From contig QPMI01000520.1 of NCBI GenBank assembly GCA_004431415.1, positions 372,001 to 436,000 on the forward strand: a stretch of 64,000 nt of DNA, in the 5' to 3' direction. Source of the DNA: Cyanophora paradoxa CCMP329 (lineage: Eukaryota > Plantae > Glaucophyta). Within the stretch, counting starts at the first letter, position 1. Each line of letters starts with the position of its first letter. Below, piece after piece: positions 1 to 12,691 of the stretch. A program made the translations under genes and the position numbers. Below the pieces are notes generated by a model. That model was not told the origin of the DNA and searched no databases. It saw only the letters and a list, made by a program, of their open reading frames with translations.

Positions 1-3000
1 CGCAATCCGCGGTGCCCAACTCAGCCACCCCGTCACCAAGTGCTCGGGTATTGGCTCGGCCCCTGATCCTGAGGATCTTTGGCCCGACGACCCCAATGAG
101 CTCGACGTCGCCTCGCTGAAAGCTTGGGACGACATGCTCTTGTCGTGGGAGCGGCACGCGCCCGCCTCGAACGTCTGGGGCCTCGCCTCAGACTCGAGCG
201 CACTGCCGGACAGCGAGCGTTTACCGCTGCTATCCCTGCTCATTTCGTCGGCGTACCTGCTCGCTCAGCCGGGCCTGAAATGGCCGGGGATCCAGCACCT
301 GCAGGTCGAACCAAACGGCGACCCGCGGTTCGACATTACGCCCGACGGGAACGTCTCCCGTACCGTGACGGGCTACCACGCCATGCGCACAGCGCTCGCT
401 GCGGCTCGCGAACTCCTCGACGAGGATTCCGACTTCCACGCTTACTGCGTGCAGCTTGTGCTTGCCATAATCCGTTTCCGGACCCTTACGGTGCTGCCGG
501 GCGCACTCGGATTCGAGAAGGGCAGCCTTTTCGCGTGGATTAGCCCTAAGGACGTGGCCCCGCCACTGTCGCTGTTCCAAACATACACGGAGCGGCTGAC
601 TGAGGTTGCCGGAGCCACGTGCTTCGACACGCGCGCCAAGGGCACCGTCCCCGAGCGCGTTATCGCCATGCAAAACAGCCGCCGCGCTCGCTGCATGGCC
701 GGGGAGCCGCCGCTCGTGAACCTGTCCGAGCTGGTGCAGCACGGCTCAGACCTTGAGGGTTCCGGGCCATCAAGTTGCTCCCCCGCGTCGCCGTGCGCCG
801 CCTGGCCAGGATCCTCGACCTGCGCCGCCCCACGGAGTTCAGCAGCTTGCTGTTCTCCGACTGGCTCATGGGCCTGGGGACCTATCACGCCGCCCCCACG
901 GTCGTGGTAGACAGCCCCGTCGGCCCCGGCGAAGGGCTCCGGTTCCGGGAATTCCCGAATGCCGACCCCCTCATGCTTGGACCGAGTGTTGAAGCGTTTT
1001 ACGATCGCTCCTACCCGATCACTCGCCGCGGGCGGTGCTGTGACTACGATGTCATTGAGCTGCTGGCATCCCGCACTGTCCCCCGTGAGGGCCGTGGCCC
1101 GCTCCCTGGCGGCGTCCGTGACTCGAGCGAGTACTCATGGCTCGTGAACGCCCTCCACGGCGAGTTCTCTGCCGCGAACCGCTGGGGTGAAATGCACCGT
1201 AGCATTTTCACCTGGGTTTGCTACTGCATCTCGCAGTCCGGCGTCCGCGCCGTTGCTCTGCTCGAAAAGCCGCGCGACCGCGTGCGCTTGATGCTGGGCG
1301 AGGTACGCCGCCGCTTCACGGCCAAGCGCTCGCACCGTCCGGTCTGGGATGAGTTCGATGACGACCTCCAGACCAGCGACCGCATGGCTCGCGAGGTCGC
1401 CGAGCGTGAGGCCGCCGCCGGCCGCCGTGGCCGCGGCAAGGGCAAGGTCGACGAAACGACCTCTGCCGCCAAGCCCGCTCGCACCCGCGGCACCAGCCGC
1501 CGGCCCGCCCCCGCCAAGCCGGCAAATGCCGAGGCCGAGGGCGAAGGGGAAGCGGAAGAGGGCCCCGGCACGCCCTCTCCTGACCCCATGGAGTCCGATG
1601 AGAGCGCTGGCGTCGACAACGACACGCGCGAGAGGATGCGGCACGCGCTCTTTGTCCGTGCGGGCATTGACGCCCACCTCTTCGAGCTCATCGGCTGCCC
1701 CAGCCCCTCTAGCCGTTGGCCGACTCAGGTCGAGCACATGTGGCTCGCCAACAGCGGCCTGCAGCCGGCTCAAAACCCGGTCACGCTGCACATCGCTCCC
1801 GACCCGGAGCTCGCCTCCTGGCTCGAAGCTGAAGCGGCCCAGCCGCCCTGGCGCCGCTTCGCCTGGTTCCATGAGAACCCCGACCGCCCCAGTGGGAGCG
1901 GCTGGAAATCGTCATGCCGAATCGCCACCCGGCGAACATTCGCATGCTGAAGCGCGCTGTCGCTTCCTTCGAGCTCGCCGCCTCCAGCGCCGGCTTGCTC
2001 GTGCCGCTGCCGGACCTGCCGGCCGACACCACGCAGTGGAATGCCCTTCACTGGGACGCGTTCTTCATAGATCGCTTTGAGCTGCATGTGTCGCACCTGC
2101 CCCGTACTATGTCGAGGGACGCTGGCGCTCTTCCGCCAACACGGGCCCGACCCTCTCTGAGGTTGTCGCCCCAGTCCCCAGCCATGCGCGCTGGATGCTG
2201 TCCTGCCTAGACAGCGGTCGCACCGGACCGGGCATCACGCCCTTCGTCCCGCGCGAGCAGCAGAAGCTGCCGGACGACGTTAGCTATTTCTATGACATGG
2301 TTAACGCCTCGCACCCGGGGTGCGAGGAGCTCGTCCGTACGCTCGCCCCGGCGTACCCGGCAAACCTCGAAATTCCCGAGGTCGTCCAGCGCGAGGCCGC
2401 AAAGGACGACTCGGATTCGTGGCTGGCCACCAGTTACCGCTGCTACGACACCGTCGTCGAAGGCGCTAATTGGCTGCTGGGCGAGATCCACGAGGCCCGA
2501 ATTGGCGGCAACGCCCCAATTCGCTCCCTTCCCTTTGTGCAGTGGCTCGACAACTGGGAAGGCGAGGCCGCCGTAGCGAAGCCGATCGCGACGCTGAGGG
2601 CGACGTGCCCATGGCCAGCTCCTCAGCTGCGCCTGTCGCCGGACCGTCCGGGGTCTCCACTGCTACGGCCACGCCGGCGGCACCTGCTGCTGGGGCCCGC
2701 ACGTGGTACGACGGCACGCCTGAGCGCGTCCGGTACTGCGACAAGTACTGCGTGCTGCTGCCCGACCCGCTCGGCGGTAGCCCGGCCCGCAATCCGACGG
2801 CCGAGCAGTACCCGTGGGCTGCTATTCCGCGGCTCGTGCCGCTCACCCTCGGCGAGAACGGGCCGCCCGACGCGCCCTGCGTGAATGCGACTGCCCCAGT
2901 CGTCACGCGTTTCCACCCGAACGCGCTCGACGCTGATGCAGCCATGCACTGCCTTGCCTCCACGCTCATCGCAAACGTCGAGGGCCATAACCGCGGCATC

Positions 3001-6000
3001 CCCGCCGCGGTAATGTTGTATGGCCCGCCCGTGCCACCGGCACCGACGTCCATGCAAGGCACCGACGTTCAGGGCTTGCCCTACGTCGCGGCGATGATGG
3101 GGCTCGACGAGTCCATCATGCAGTGGGTCGCGTCGGAGCCCACTCCCGCAAACCGCCTCGATGGGCCGATCACGCGCGCCTACTCGGTGCTGAACACCGC
3201 CCTGCACCACACGTGCCGCCAGGCGTTTGCGTACCTCGCTCGCCCGCACACGTTCGAGGCGCCCATCGGGGTCAACCGCGCCAAGCGTGGGCAGCGCTTG
3301 GTCGTGTTCCACGAGCCCCGCTTCGGCAGGGGCTTCGGCATCCGTGGCGTCGCCCAGCCCGATGCCCGGGTCCGCGGCCTCCTGCCAGGCACCCCGATCC
3401 AGACGGGCGAGAAGCACGTGAGCACTGAGCTCGACGTGAACAACGTCGATGTCATGGGCGATCCCGTCGGCACGAATGCCACGCGCTGCTCGCTTGGTCC
3501 TGCCCACGTGGCCATGCAGCACGCCCCGCCCTCCGAGGCGCGTCGCCAGTACGACCGCCTCCCTCGGCGCGTGTTCGTGCTCGGATTCGAGCGGCCCGCC
3601 CGCTCGTCGATCCGAAGGACCGCGGGCACCGGAAGTACCCGGTTGTCTGCCCGGGCGTGCAGAAGCACGGACCCACGTGGTCCCCGTTGCCGCCCCGGGA
3701 GTTCGTCGCATCCCTGCTTGCGGGGTATGTGAACAGCATGGCTGCCTGGGTGCTGGGCACGAGCTGCCCGACCAGCCCCGGCCCGCGCCGACCAAGGGAT
3801 TCAACCCCAAATGCACATTGTGGGGCCGACGGCCATATACGAGTTCATGTGGTCCACCTGCTACCGCGCCGACCCGGCCACTCGTTCCGCGGCCGAGGCA
3901 GCAGCTGGGGCCCATGCACGTTCCGCTGACGGCGACGAGCTTTACGCCGTCCTGCAGCACCTCAAGAGCGGCCAGCTCGGCGAGTCGATTGACGAGACCG
4001 CAGCTCTCGTCATCGCCTCTCAGCTCCCGCTGACAACGGCGTTCTGGCTCTCGATGCCAGACCTGCCGCGCCCCAACGCCACGCATACGTCCTGGCTGGA
4101 CAACGCGGCAGACGCCAGCAAGCGCCTCTCGGACGCCCTGCTGCAGATCTGGGGCCTGCCGGCGACGAAGCAGCTGCGCGCTGTTCTCGCCAAGTACGAG
4201 CAGGAGGACGAGCCCCTCCTCTCCGTCCGCCGCCTTGAGCGCATCCTGCCCGCTCGGGTAGCGGCGCACGGCATGCGCCCGTACTGCCACGTCGAGCGCG
4301 ATACGTGGGCCGCCAGGCACCTCGTTGCTGGCGCGACGCTCGCGGGCCAGGAGCCCATCGCCTCGGCTCTCCTGAACTGGGTTCAGAAGATCAATGACGT
4401 CCTCTGGCCCATCTTCACGGGCGTGAAGGCGAAGCGGATTATGGTCTCCGACCTCTATCCCGCCCTGCCCTGGACACTGTCGCCCAGCAAGGCGCGGCGC
4501 CGTTCCCTGCGCCCCCCGAGGCCAGCGACCTCGGCGACACGGTGGCGGCAATCACGCCGTTCCACTACCGGCTGCGCGCCGAGCTGCTCCAGAACTGGAA
4601 CGGGTACACGGCAGAGGATCTGCCCCCGAGCTTGCGCGCCCAGCAGCAGGCCGACCACGCCGTGGCAGCGGCCGCCCCGGCGAAGCCTGCGGCATCGTCC
4701 TCTGCCTCGGGCACCACGGGCTCTGGCTCCCGCGAGCCCAGCCCTGCCCCCAAGCGCTCGGCCACGCCCTCGCCCTCGAGGAAGAAGAGCGAGCCAAAGC
4801 GCGAGCGCTCCCGCGACCGCCGCGGGCGCCGCCAGAGCCGCGAGGCCGCCGCTTCCCGCGAGCGCACCGAGTCGCCCCGGCAGGAGTCGTCGAGCTCGCC
4901 TGCCCCGACGCGCACGCAGCCGCCGGGCGCCACCGGCCAGCGCCGCGAGCGGCCGCGTATCCTGCAGGGCAGTCGCGTGACCGTTCGCGGCACCGTGCCC
5001 AGCGCCTCGTCTACGGGACCTGAGTCCCTCGACCTGGCCGACATGGACGACGCCGAATTCACTGCCTATGCCCGCCAGCATGGCCTTGAGTTCGAGCCGG
5101 ACCCGGCCGAGGACACGCGCCAGCGCCTCCTCGCCGAGGCTGAGCGCCGCAGCAAGCGCGCCCGCGTTGCTGCCCAGTCCACCGCGGAATTGGCCCCCGC
5201 GCCGTTCCCGTACCCGTACCCGGCGTCGATGGGCCCGCCCCGCCGCGCGTACCCGGCTGGGGGTTGCCGCCGCCCCCACTCTTGCCGCAAATCGCCGGCC
5301 CGCACGGCTATTACTGGCCGCACGGCCTCATGTACCCGCCTGCGGGTCCCGCGGCCAGCTCGAGCTCCGGCCAGGCCCCGCCGGCCACGGACGAGAATGT
5401 GGGCAGTGCCCACTACCAGGCCGCCAAGAACTGGCGCGCGCGGCTGCGGCTCCTGCTCGAGCGCAATGCCCAGCCGGCCGTCTTGTCTGAAATGCTCGAT
5501 GAGATTGCCACGGCCGCGGGCCATGATCTCACCGGCACCACCTTGCCGAGCGGCGCCTCTTGGGCGGCACGGAACGCCGCTGCGACGGTGTGGGCCGCAA
5601 ATTACCCGGGCATGGAGCAGTTCGACCGCATTGAAGCCGAACTGCTGCGCCTCATTGGCCTCGCCCAGGAGGCCAAAGCCGAGGGCCGCTGCCGCCCCGC
5701 CCACCGCGCCATTCTCCGTATCTACGGCGATGGTGACGATGAGGATGACTTCGCGACGCGCGCTGCACTGCAGCCGCGGGCCATCGCCGAGCGCGCCTTG
5801 GCCTCCGCCGCTGCCAGCAGCGAGCCGACGCCAGTCGTCGACGGAGCGGATCGCAAGTCCTCCGCCGCTCCGACGAGCCGCTCCGAGGGGCTCCACGCCC
5901 GCTCCAGCAAGCAGCGCGCCGCGCTGCACTTCCAGGCTCCTGAGCCTGACGAACTCGTGGGCTACGGCCCCGACCGCCCCACGGACCTCGCGGTCCCGGA

Positions 6001-6160
6001 GTCCCCGGATGGCGCGCCCGACGGCCGCCTGAACGCCCCGGTCCCGATCGCGAAAGTTATCGACGGGATCAACGGTCTCCCGCACGATTTCCGGCGCCTG
6101 CTCCTGCAGTGCCCGGGCTTCGTCTATGCCTTGCATGCCGACGGCACGCTCGGCGAGAGC
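1..6160 (+). CDS. Very long N-terminal (Gag-position) region of the retroelement polyprotein; no recognisable domain; frameshifted
   Basis: Chain of overlapping + ORFs (134, 775, 1914, 2195, 2470, 3657, 3811, 4542, 5264) that join almost entirely by -1 shifts into one protein-like sequence running into the protease. Includes an RS-rich low-complexity stretch at ~4700-4960. Confidence 0.65.
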
Positions 6161-9100
6161 ACGCGCGTCAAATTCATTTTTGACACTGGCGCAATGGGAG
6201 ACGTTGGCGAGAAAAAGCACATGCCGCCCGGCACGCGCTACACGGGTGTGAAGGTCCTCCGGGCCTTCCTTCACCACGCCACGATCACGGCCGAGATTGC
6301 TCATGTCGTGCTGCGCTTCGGCGACGTGTACGTCTCGCGAGCGGTGTACGTCGTCCCTGACGGCTCGCTTGGCCCGAACGCCGACATGCTCCTGGGCATC
6401 GGCACGATCATGAGGATCGAGGGGCGGATTGACACCACCAGCTCGGGCTGGTGCCTGCACGCGCGCGACGCGCACTTCCGCCCCACGTGATCCCTTTTCT
6501 GTGCCCGGACAATCAAAGGGGCCTCTCCTTGTCCGGGTGCTCCGCCCCGTCGTCCTAAAGGACGCCCGCGAGTGGATGGTCCGCTGCGTGTTGGACGGCC
6601 CTGCGCCGCCAGCGGACCAGGCCCCGACGCTCGCCGTCGGGCCGGCGCCTGACTCCCTGTCAGCGCTCGGGTACTCGCGCCCCACCAGTTGCACCGCCGG
6701 CCTGCCGAGGGCGGCAGCCTGCACGTGCGACTAGTCAATCCGCCAATGAGCCCGTCCTGCTTCCCGCCGGGGCCATTGTAGCGGTGGCGGAGGCTAATAA
6801 CCTGCCGCCCGGCGACTTTGGGTTCGACCCGCCGCCCGACGACGCGTCGGCGCGCACCGTCGCCGACTCTTTCATTCGCACGCTGCGAGCCTTCTACCCT
6901 AAGCGAGGGCAAGGCTTCCGCGCGATGCGCCGCCGAGCCAATCGAACGGCTGCGGCTTACACGGCAGCTGAGGGCACCACGCCGCCCCAGCACCCTGCTC
7001 CAGGGCCTATTTTCGCGGCACCCGCCGCCCGGCAGTCCGAAGCGACTGTAGCCACCGAGCAGGAGCCTGCGCCGAGCGCGCCTCCCTTGTTCGTCCGCAT
7101 GCTGCGCGACGACGGCGGTGAGGGCGAAGACGTCCCCATTGTCACAATGGAGGGCCTCGCGCTTTGTGACGAGCCCGTGTCCTCGGACACCGACTCTGAG
7201 CGCGAGCGCGAGGACGGGTACCTTGGCTGGACCTCGCCAGAGGAGCGCGAGCGCACCAGGCCCGCCCGCCGCGCTGAACGCGCCGCACGCCGCCGCGCCC
7301 ACGCGGCTCGCGCTGCACGCCAGGGGGCTAACGCAGTCCCCACCAATCCCTCCGGGAATCAAATAAATCTCGCTGCCGAGGCAGCTGAGCCGCCGGCGCC
7401 CTCGCCGAGCGGGCCGCTCGCCCGCCTGCACCGGCGCCAGCACCGCTGGAAGGCCCTGGCTGCTCTGTCCGGACAACGGAAGCGCCCGCGCCCTCCGTAG
7501 CCGAGTCCTCCGCCGCGCGCGGCAAGGACAAGGGCAAGGCGCCGCTGCGAGCCGCCCTCCGGGCCCCGCGCCTGGCCCCTCCCACGGTGGCGCCCCGCGG
7601 GCACCGCCGGAAGCGACGGGGACGTCGTCTTCCGAAGAGGAGGAGTGGAACCGTGCACGCGCGAAGATCCCGGAATGCGGCTCGCATCCGGCGATGAGCG
7701 CTACGGAACGCGCCGAGCTAGAGGCTCTGCTGAAGCGCTACTCGTGCGCGTTCGCCGACTCGGTCACGGCCACTGAGGGCACGGCCAATCTCCTCCATTA
7801 CGAGCACGTGATCCGATTGACCTCACGGCTGCCCGTCTTCACGCCCCCGCGGCGTGTAAGCCCGCACGCCGAGGCCTTCGCCCGTGACGAAATAAAGCGG
7901 CTCCTTGAGCTGGGCCTGATCCAGCCCTCGCAAGCCGCCTATGGCTCGCCGGTCGTGCTCGCTCCTAAGAAGGACGGCACCTGGCGGTTCTGCGTCGATT
8001 ACCGACGCTTAAATGCGATCACTGAGCGCGACGTCTTTCCCTTGCCACGGATTGACGATCAGCTGGACCGCCTGCGGGGGTCCATGATCTTCTCGACCGT
8101 CGACGCGACGGCGGGATTCTGGCAGCTGCCGCTGGACCCCGCGTCCCGGCAGTACACGGCCTTCGTAGTGCCCTGGGGCCACTACGAGTGGCGCGTGACC
8201 CCGTTCGGCGTGACCAACGGGCCGGCCGCCTTCTCGCGCGCCGTGACGGCCATCCTCGGCCCCCTGCTCACGACTTGCGTCACCGCGTATATCGACGATA
8301 TCACGGTGTTCTCGCCAAGCGTGCCCCAGCACCTGCTGGACCTCGAGGCCCTGTTCCGCGCTATCATGCCGGCGAACTTGCGCCTGAAGCCCTCCAAGTG
8401 CCGCTTCGGGGTGGCGGAGGTGGCCTTGCTCGGGCACCTCGTCTCGGCCGAAGGGATCCGCCAGGACCCGCGAAGCTGGCGTTCATTCGCCAGTACCCGC
8501 CGCCTGCGAACGCTGACCAATTGAGGTCGTTCCTGGGCTTGGCTGGGTACTACCGGCGTTTCGTGAACGGGTTCGCCCGTGTCACCCACCCGCTGCAGCG
8601 CCTGCTGCTTCGGGACGCCGCGTGGCAATGGACCGAGGTCCACCAAGCCGCCTTCGAGGCGCTGAAGGCCGCCCTGCTCGAGGATCTGGTACTTGGGTAC
8701 CCGGATTTCGAGCGGCCCTTCATCCTGTCGACCGACGCGTCGACGTACGCCATCGGCGCGATCCTGTCGCAATCCGATGGCGGCTCGCCCGCCCGTGAGC
8801 GGCCCATCGCGTTCATCAGTCGAACGCTGGCGCCCGCTGAGCGGAATTACACCGCCACCGAGCTCGAGTGCCTAGCGGTTGTATGGGCAATAAAGTACTG
8901 GCGGCACTTCCTCCTGGGAGGGCCCCAGTTCCTGGTCCGGACGGACCACCAGGCGCTCCAGTGGTTGCGCTCGCGCGAGGCGACCTCGGGAAGGCTGGGA
9001 CGCTGGTCCCTCCTCCTGCAGTCCTACGACTTTGTCGTAGAGTACCGCGCGGGGCGCAACAACGGAGGGCCCGACGCCTGCTCGCGGCCCCCACTGAACC

Positions 9101-11886
9101 ACCCGGTCCTCGCGCCCGGCGGCGCCGACGGCAGTTCGGCCGCGCCCGACGCGCTGGCCGGCGCCACGGGGCACGGCGTGCCCCAGCCCGGCGACCTTGA
9201 CGAGCCTCTGCCGCTGTTTGCAGTCGCTCACGCCGCCGAAGGCGCTGCGGAGGCCCGGGTAGCGGTGGAGGCCCCGCCGGGCCCCCGCCTGACCGAGCTC
9301 GCCGACGAGCCGGCCGAGGCCGCGCCGCCGGCCCCTGCGTCAGCGTCCGAGCCCGCCGAGGCCGCGGCGCCCGCGGCTCCGCCAGCCGGGCGGAGATCCT
9401 CGTCGCGCGGCGACAGGCCCGCCTCCGGCGCCAGCTCGCCTTCGAGGGCGCTCCCGCCGCAAGGCGGGACGTCCAGCCCGCCCAGGGGCCGCGTCCGCGT
9501 CGGACGCGCGCGCCGCCTGAGGCTTTCCAGGAGGGCTCTGACGACGAGCCCGTCCCCTGCCCGCGCGCGCGCCCCGAGCCGCGTCGGCGCGCGCCGAGAC
9601 TGAGCCCGCGGGGGCCCCGGCGCCGCCCGAGCCTCGAGCTCCTGCCGCGGGCAGGGAGCGCCCCTGCCAGCGGCGCCGGCGCTGCCGCAGGCCGGTCCGC
9701 CCACTCGGCGCGGCCAGAAGCCCACCACCTGGGCTGAGGTGCGCCAAGGGGTGGACGAGTGGCACCGCCTCGCCGTCGCGCAAGGCCTGCCCCCGGCCCC
9801 GCGCTCTCCGAGCCCGCCGCCGGCGCCCGAGTCCGACCCGATGGAGCTGGGCTCCGATGGCGAGGCTGCGCCGCCTGTGCCCGAGCCTGAGGCCCCGCGC
9901 CAGGCGCAGGAGCCCGAGCTCGACGAGGACGGGTTCCCCGTGGCCCTCCTCGAGCACGTACGTCGTCGGTTCCCTCTAGGGCCGCGGCGCTACGAGGGGC
10001 CCGTCGCGCCCCTGCCGCGCGACCTGCGACCGCCTGAGGCCCCGCGCCCGGGCAAGACGCCCCGCAAGGCGGACAACCCGCGCCACTGGCGCTGCGGCCC
10101 GCCGCTGTACCCTCACCAGGACGACCCTGATGAGGGGCCCGAGGGCGGCGCCCCGGCGGCGTCGTCCCCGCGGCCGCGTCGACCGCCGCCGCGACGGCCG
10201 GCTCCTCTGAGCCGCCGGCCGCCTCCGAGGCGCCCTCAAGCGGCGACGCCGGCTCGAGTGGCGGCCCGGCCGCAGGCCTCGAGCGAGAGGTCCTCTCGTC
10301 CAGCGCTATCGCCCCGGCCCTGAGCTGGGCGAGGTCCGAGACCGCCGCAAGCCGCGCTTGCTCGAGCTGGTCCAGGACACTTGGGATTGCGCTCCGCCGC
10401 CTTCCCTCGACGGGCCCTTGCCCGAGACCCTGCGGCACATGTTCCCTGCCCGGCGAGTCAGGCTGCTCGCCGCGCAGAAGGCGGACCCGCTGTGCCGCAA
10501 GCTGTTCTCCTGGCTAGAGAATGGCGTGAACGAGGCCCGCTGCACGCGCGCCTCTTGCCACACGGGCGACTGCTACCTCTGCAGTCAGGCCAAGGCGGCC
10601 TTCGTCGGATTCGCTGGGAAATTCGACGTGGACACCGACGGCGTGCTTGTCCGCCGCCCGGTCGCGCCCCACGGCCGCTTCGTGCCCGTCCTGCCTGAGT
10701 CCTGGCAGGACCGCGTCCTGTACGCGTACCACGATGGGTGGGGCCACCGCGGCGCCTCGATCGTCGCCCGCCGGATCCTGCTGAGGTTCTGGTGGCCGGG
10801 CATGCTCGCGGCCGTAGCCCGCTACGTGCGGAGCTGCCCTGCTGCCAGTTCGCCAAGGCTGTGAAGCCGCGGCGAACTGCGATCGCAGTCATCGAGGCCG
10901 AGGGCCGGAATGACTTGTGGCAGGTGGACGTGTTCCACCTCGACCCGACGCCGCGCGGCAACCGCTATTTGGTCGCCTGGGTGAACGCGTGGGACAAGTA
11001 CACGCGGCTGTACCCAAAGGCCGACCTGGACGGCTGGTCCATGCTCGAGATGGGCCGAGACTTCGTCTCGAATGAGGGCGTGCCGCTGCGCCTCCTCATG
11101 GACAACGGGTCCAGCCTGAAGGGCGGCCCGTTCAACGAGTACTTCCGGAAGCTCGGGACTCGTTTCATTTACGCCGCGGCGTACCACCATTCGACGAATG
11201 GGCTGGTAGAGCGGCTGGGAGGCGTCGTGAAGACGCTGCTCCACGCGGCGTGCCGCGCCGAGCGCGAGCCGATGCACGAGTGGGACCAGCACGTGCACGA
11301 GGTGCAGCTGGCGCTCCGCACGACCGTGCACGCGGCCACGGGCTACTCGCCCGCGCTCCTGCACCTGGGGCACGAGCTCACGCTGCCCGCGGACGTGCGC
11401 TTCGGGGTCGAAATGCTCGACACCCTTAGCTACGCCGACTACGTCGCGACCGTAGTGCGCGCCGCGAAGAGCCGCGATGACGCGGTCCGTGAGCACCGCC
11501 GCTGGTACCGCCGCCAAATGGTGCACCGGACGGGTGACCTGCCGGACCGTCGCCGCTTCGAAGTGGGCGACAAAGTCCTGTGCTGGCTGGGCGACCGTGA
11601 CAAGGGGTTGTTTAACTCCTGGGTCGGCCCGTTCACCGTCATGGACGTGCACCCGGGCGGGTACACGTACGTCGTGCGTGGCCTGGCCCGGCCCTACGGC
11701 GCCGTGGGCGCTGTCCGCCAGAAGGCCCGCGACACCCGCGAGACGATCGTGCACATCGATTGCATGATCCCGTTCCGCATGCGCGATGCGAACGCGCCCG
11801 CGCGGCCGGCCCGAGGGCGGCCGCGGGCGGCGGGTGCACCGGGAGCCGCGGCCGCAGCGCCGGCGGCCCCGGCGGGAGCAGCATGA
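6160..11886 (+). CDS. pol: Pol: aspartic protease, reverse transcriptase, RNase H, integrase (frameshifted)
   Basis: Protease FIFDTGA (~6172-6192) and LLGIG. RT: KKDGTWRFCVDYRRLN, PFGVTNGP, YIDD (~8288). RNase H: TDAS, TELECLA, TDH, GPDACSR. Integrase: HHCC (HDGWGH...SCPCC), DD35E (WQVD, MDNG, GLVE), C-terminal WVGPF motif. No chromodomain. Confidence 0.95.
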
Positions 11887-12691
11887 GGAGCTGGCTCCGA
11901 GCCGCGTCCCGGCCCCACAGGAGGGCGAGGACAGAGAGCGGCCGCGCCTGCAACTGCGCAGCGCGAGAGTGATGAGCTGCCCGCGGAGGGTTGAGCTGAG
12001 AAGGGCCTAGCGCCCGCCACAATCACTAAAGTCCCGGGCTAGGAAGGAGAGCCAACGGGCGGCTGACTGCCTCGAGCTATGCTCGGCTCAGTGACGGGCG
12101 GAGGGCCCTACGAAGACCTGGCCGAGCTCCGGGCGCGACTTGCGCCGGCAGAGGAGTCGGAAGGCGGCTGAGGCGCCGGATTCTGCCCCGGGCCCAGCGA
12201 CAGGGGATGAGCATTCCCCCTCCTTGAGATGCAAGACCTGGTGGGGTACCGGGGTGCGCCAAGCACCAACGGGGGTACACACAGGCGGTCGTGACGCCGG
12301 GTCCCGCCCCGGGTACGATGACTGGGGATGCACAATTCCCCCATACAGGGCTCCACACCGGGGACGCTCGGTGGTGGACCGCCTGGAGGGCCGCGTCCCC
12401 TTAATGACGCGCGAGCACGGGTCGGGCAGGGTACCTCCCGCCGTACGATGGCGACGAGGGCACCTTGTGGGCGGCGTCTAGCCTTGCCCTGGAGTTACTA
12501 GCTCCACCGCCGTTGTGGGCTTCTCAGCCCCTAATCCGACGCCGTGGCGGACCGCGAGAGCGCGGCGCATGCCTGAGCAGTGGCGCTAGACGAGCTGCTT
12601 AGCCCTACGTTTTGGGACGGGCATTGCGCTGGGGCTACTGGGCGCTACCGCGAGCGTCACGCCCCGCGTTGCAATTGCTGTTGCAGCGTGC

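Larger units (their letters stand above)
1..12060 (+). mobile_element. Large Ty3/Gypsy-type (Metaviridae) retroelement; 5' end lies outside the window; LTR boundaries not determinable
   Basis: Domain order PR-RT-RNaseH-INT is Gypsy-type. No introns, unlike the host genes. Purine-rich PPT candidates at ~11917-11941 and ~12041-12051. Confidence 0.9.

Noticed and set aside
757-10839. Programmed ribosomal frameshifting or RNA editing in the retroelement
   Set aside because: There are too many shifts, those checked are in homopolymers, and some fall inside conserved domains. Sequencing error is more parsimonious.
2623-11754. Long minus-strand ORFs (642, 552, 540 and 310 aa) opposite the retroelement
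   Set aside because: These are antisense shadows expected from GC-rich codon usage, with no motifs.
11887-12690. 3' LTR of the Gypsy element
   Set aside because: No second copy lies in the window and there is no unambiguous PPT-TG...CA boundary, so it cannot be delimited.
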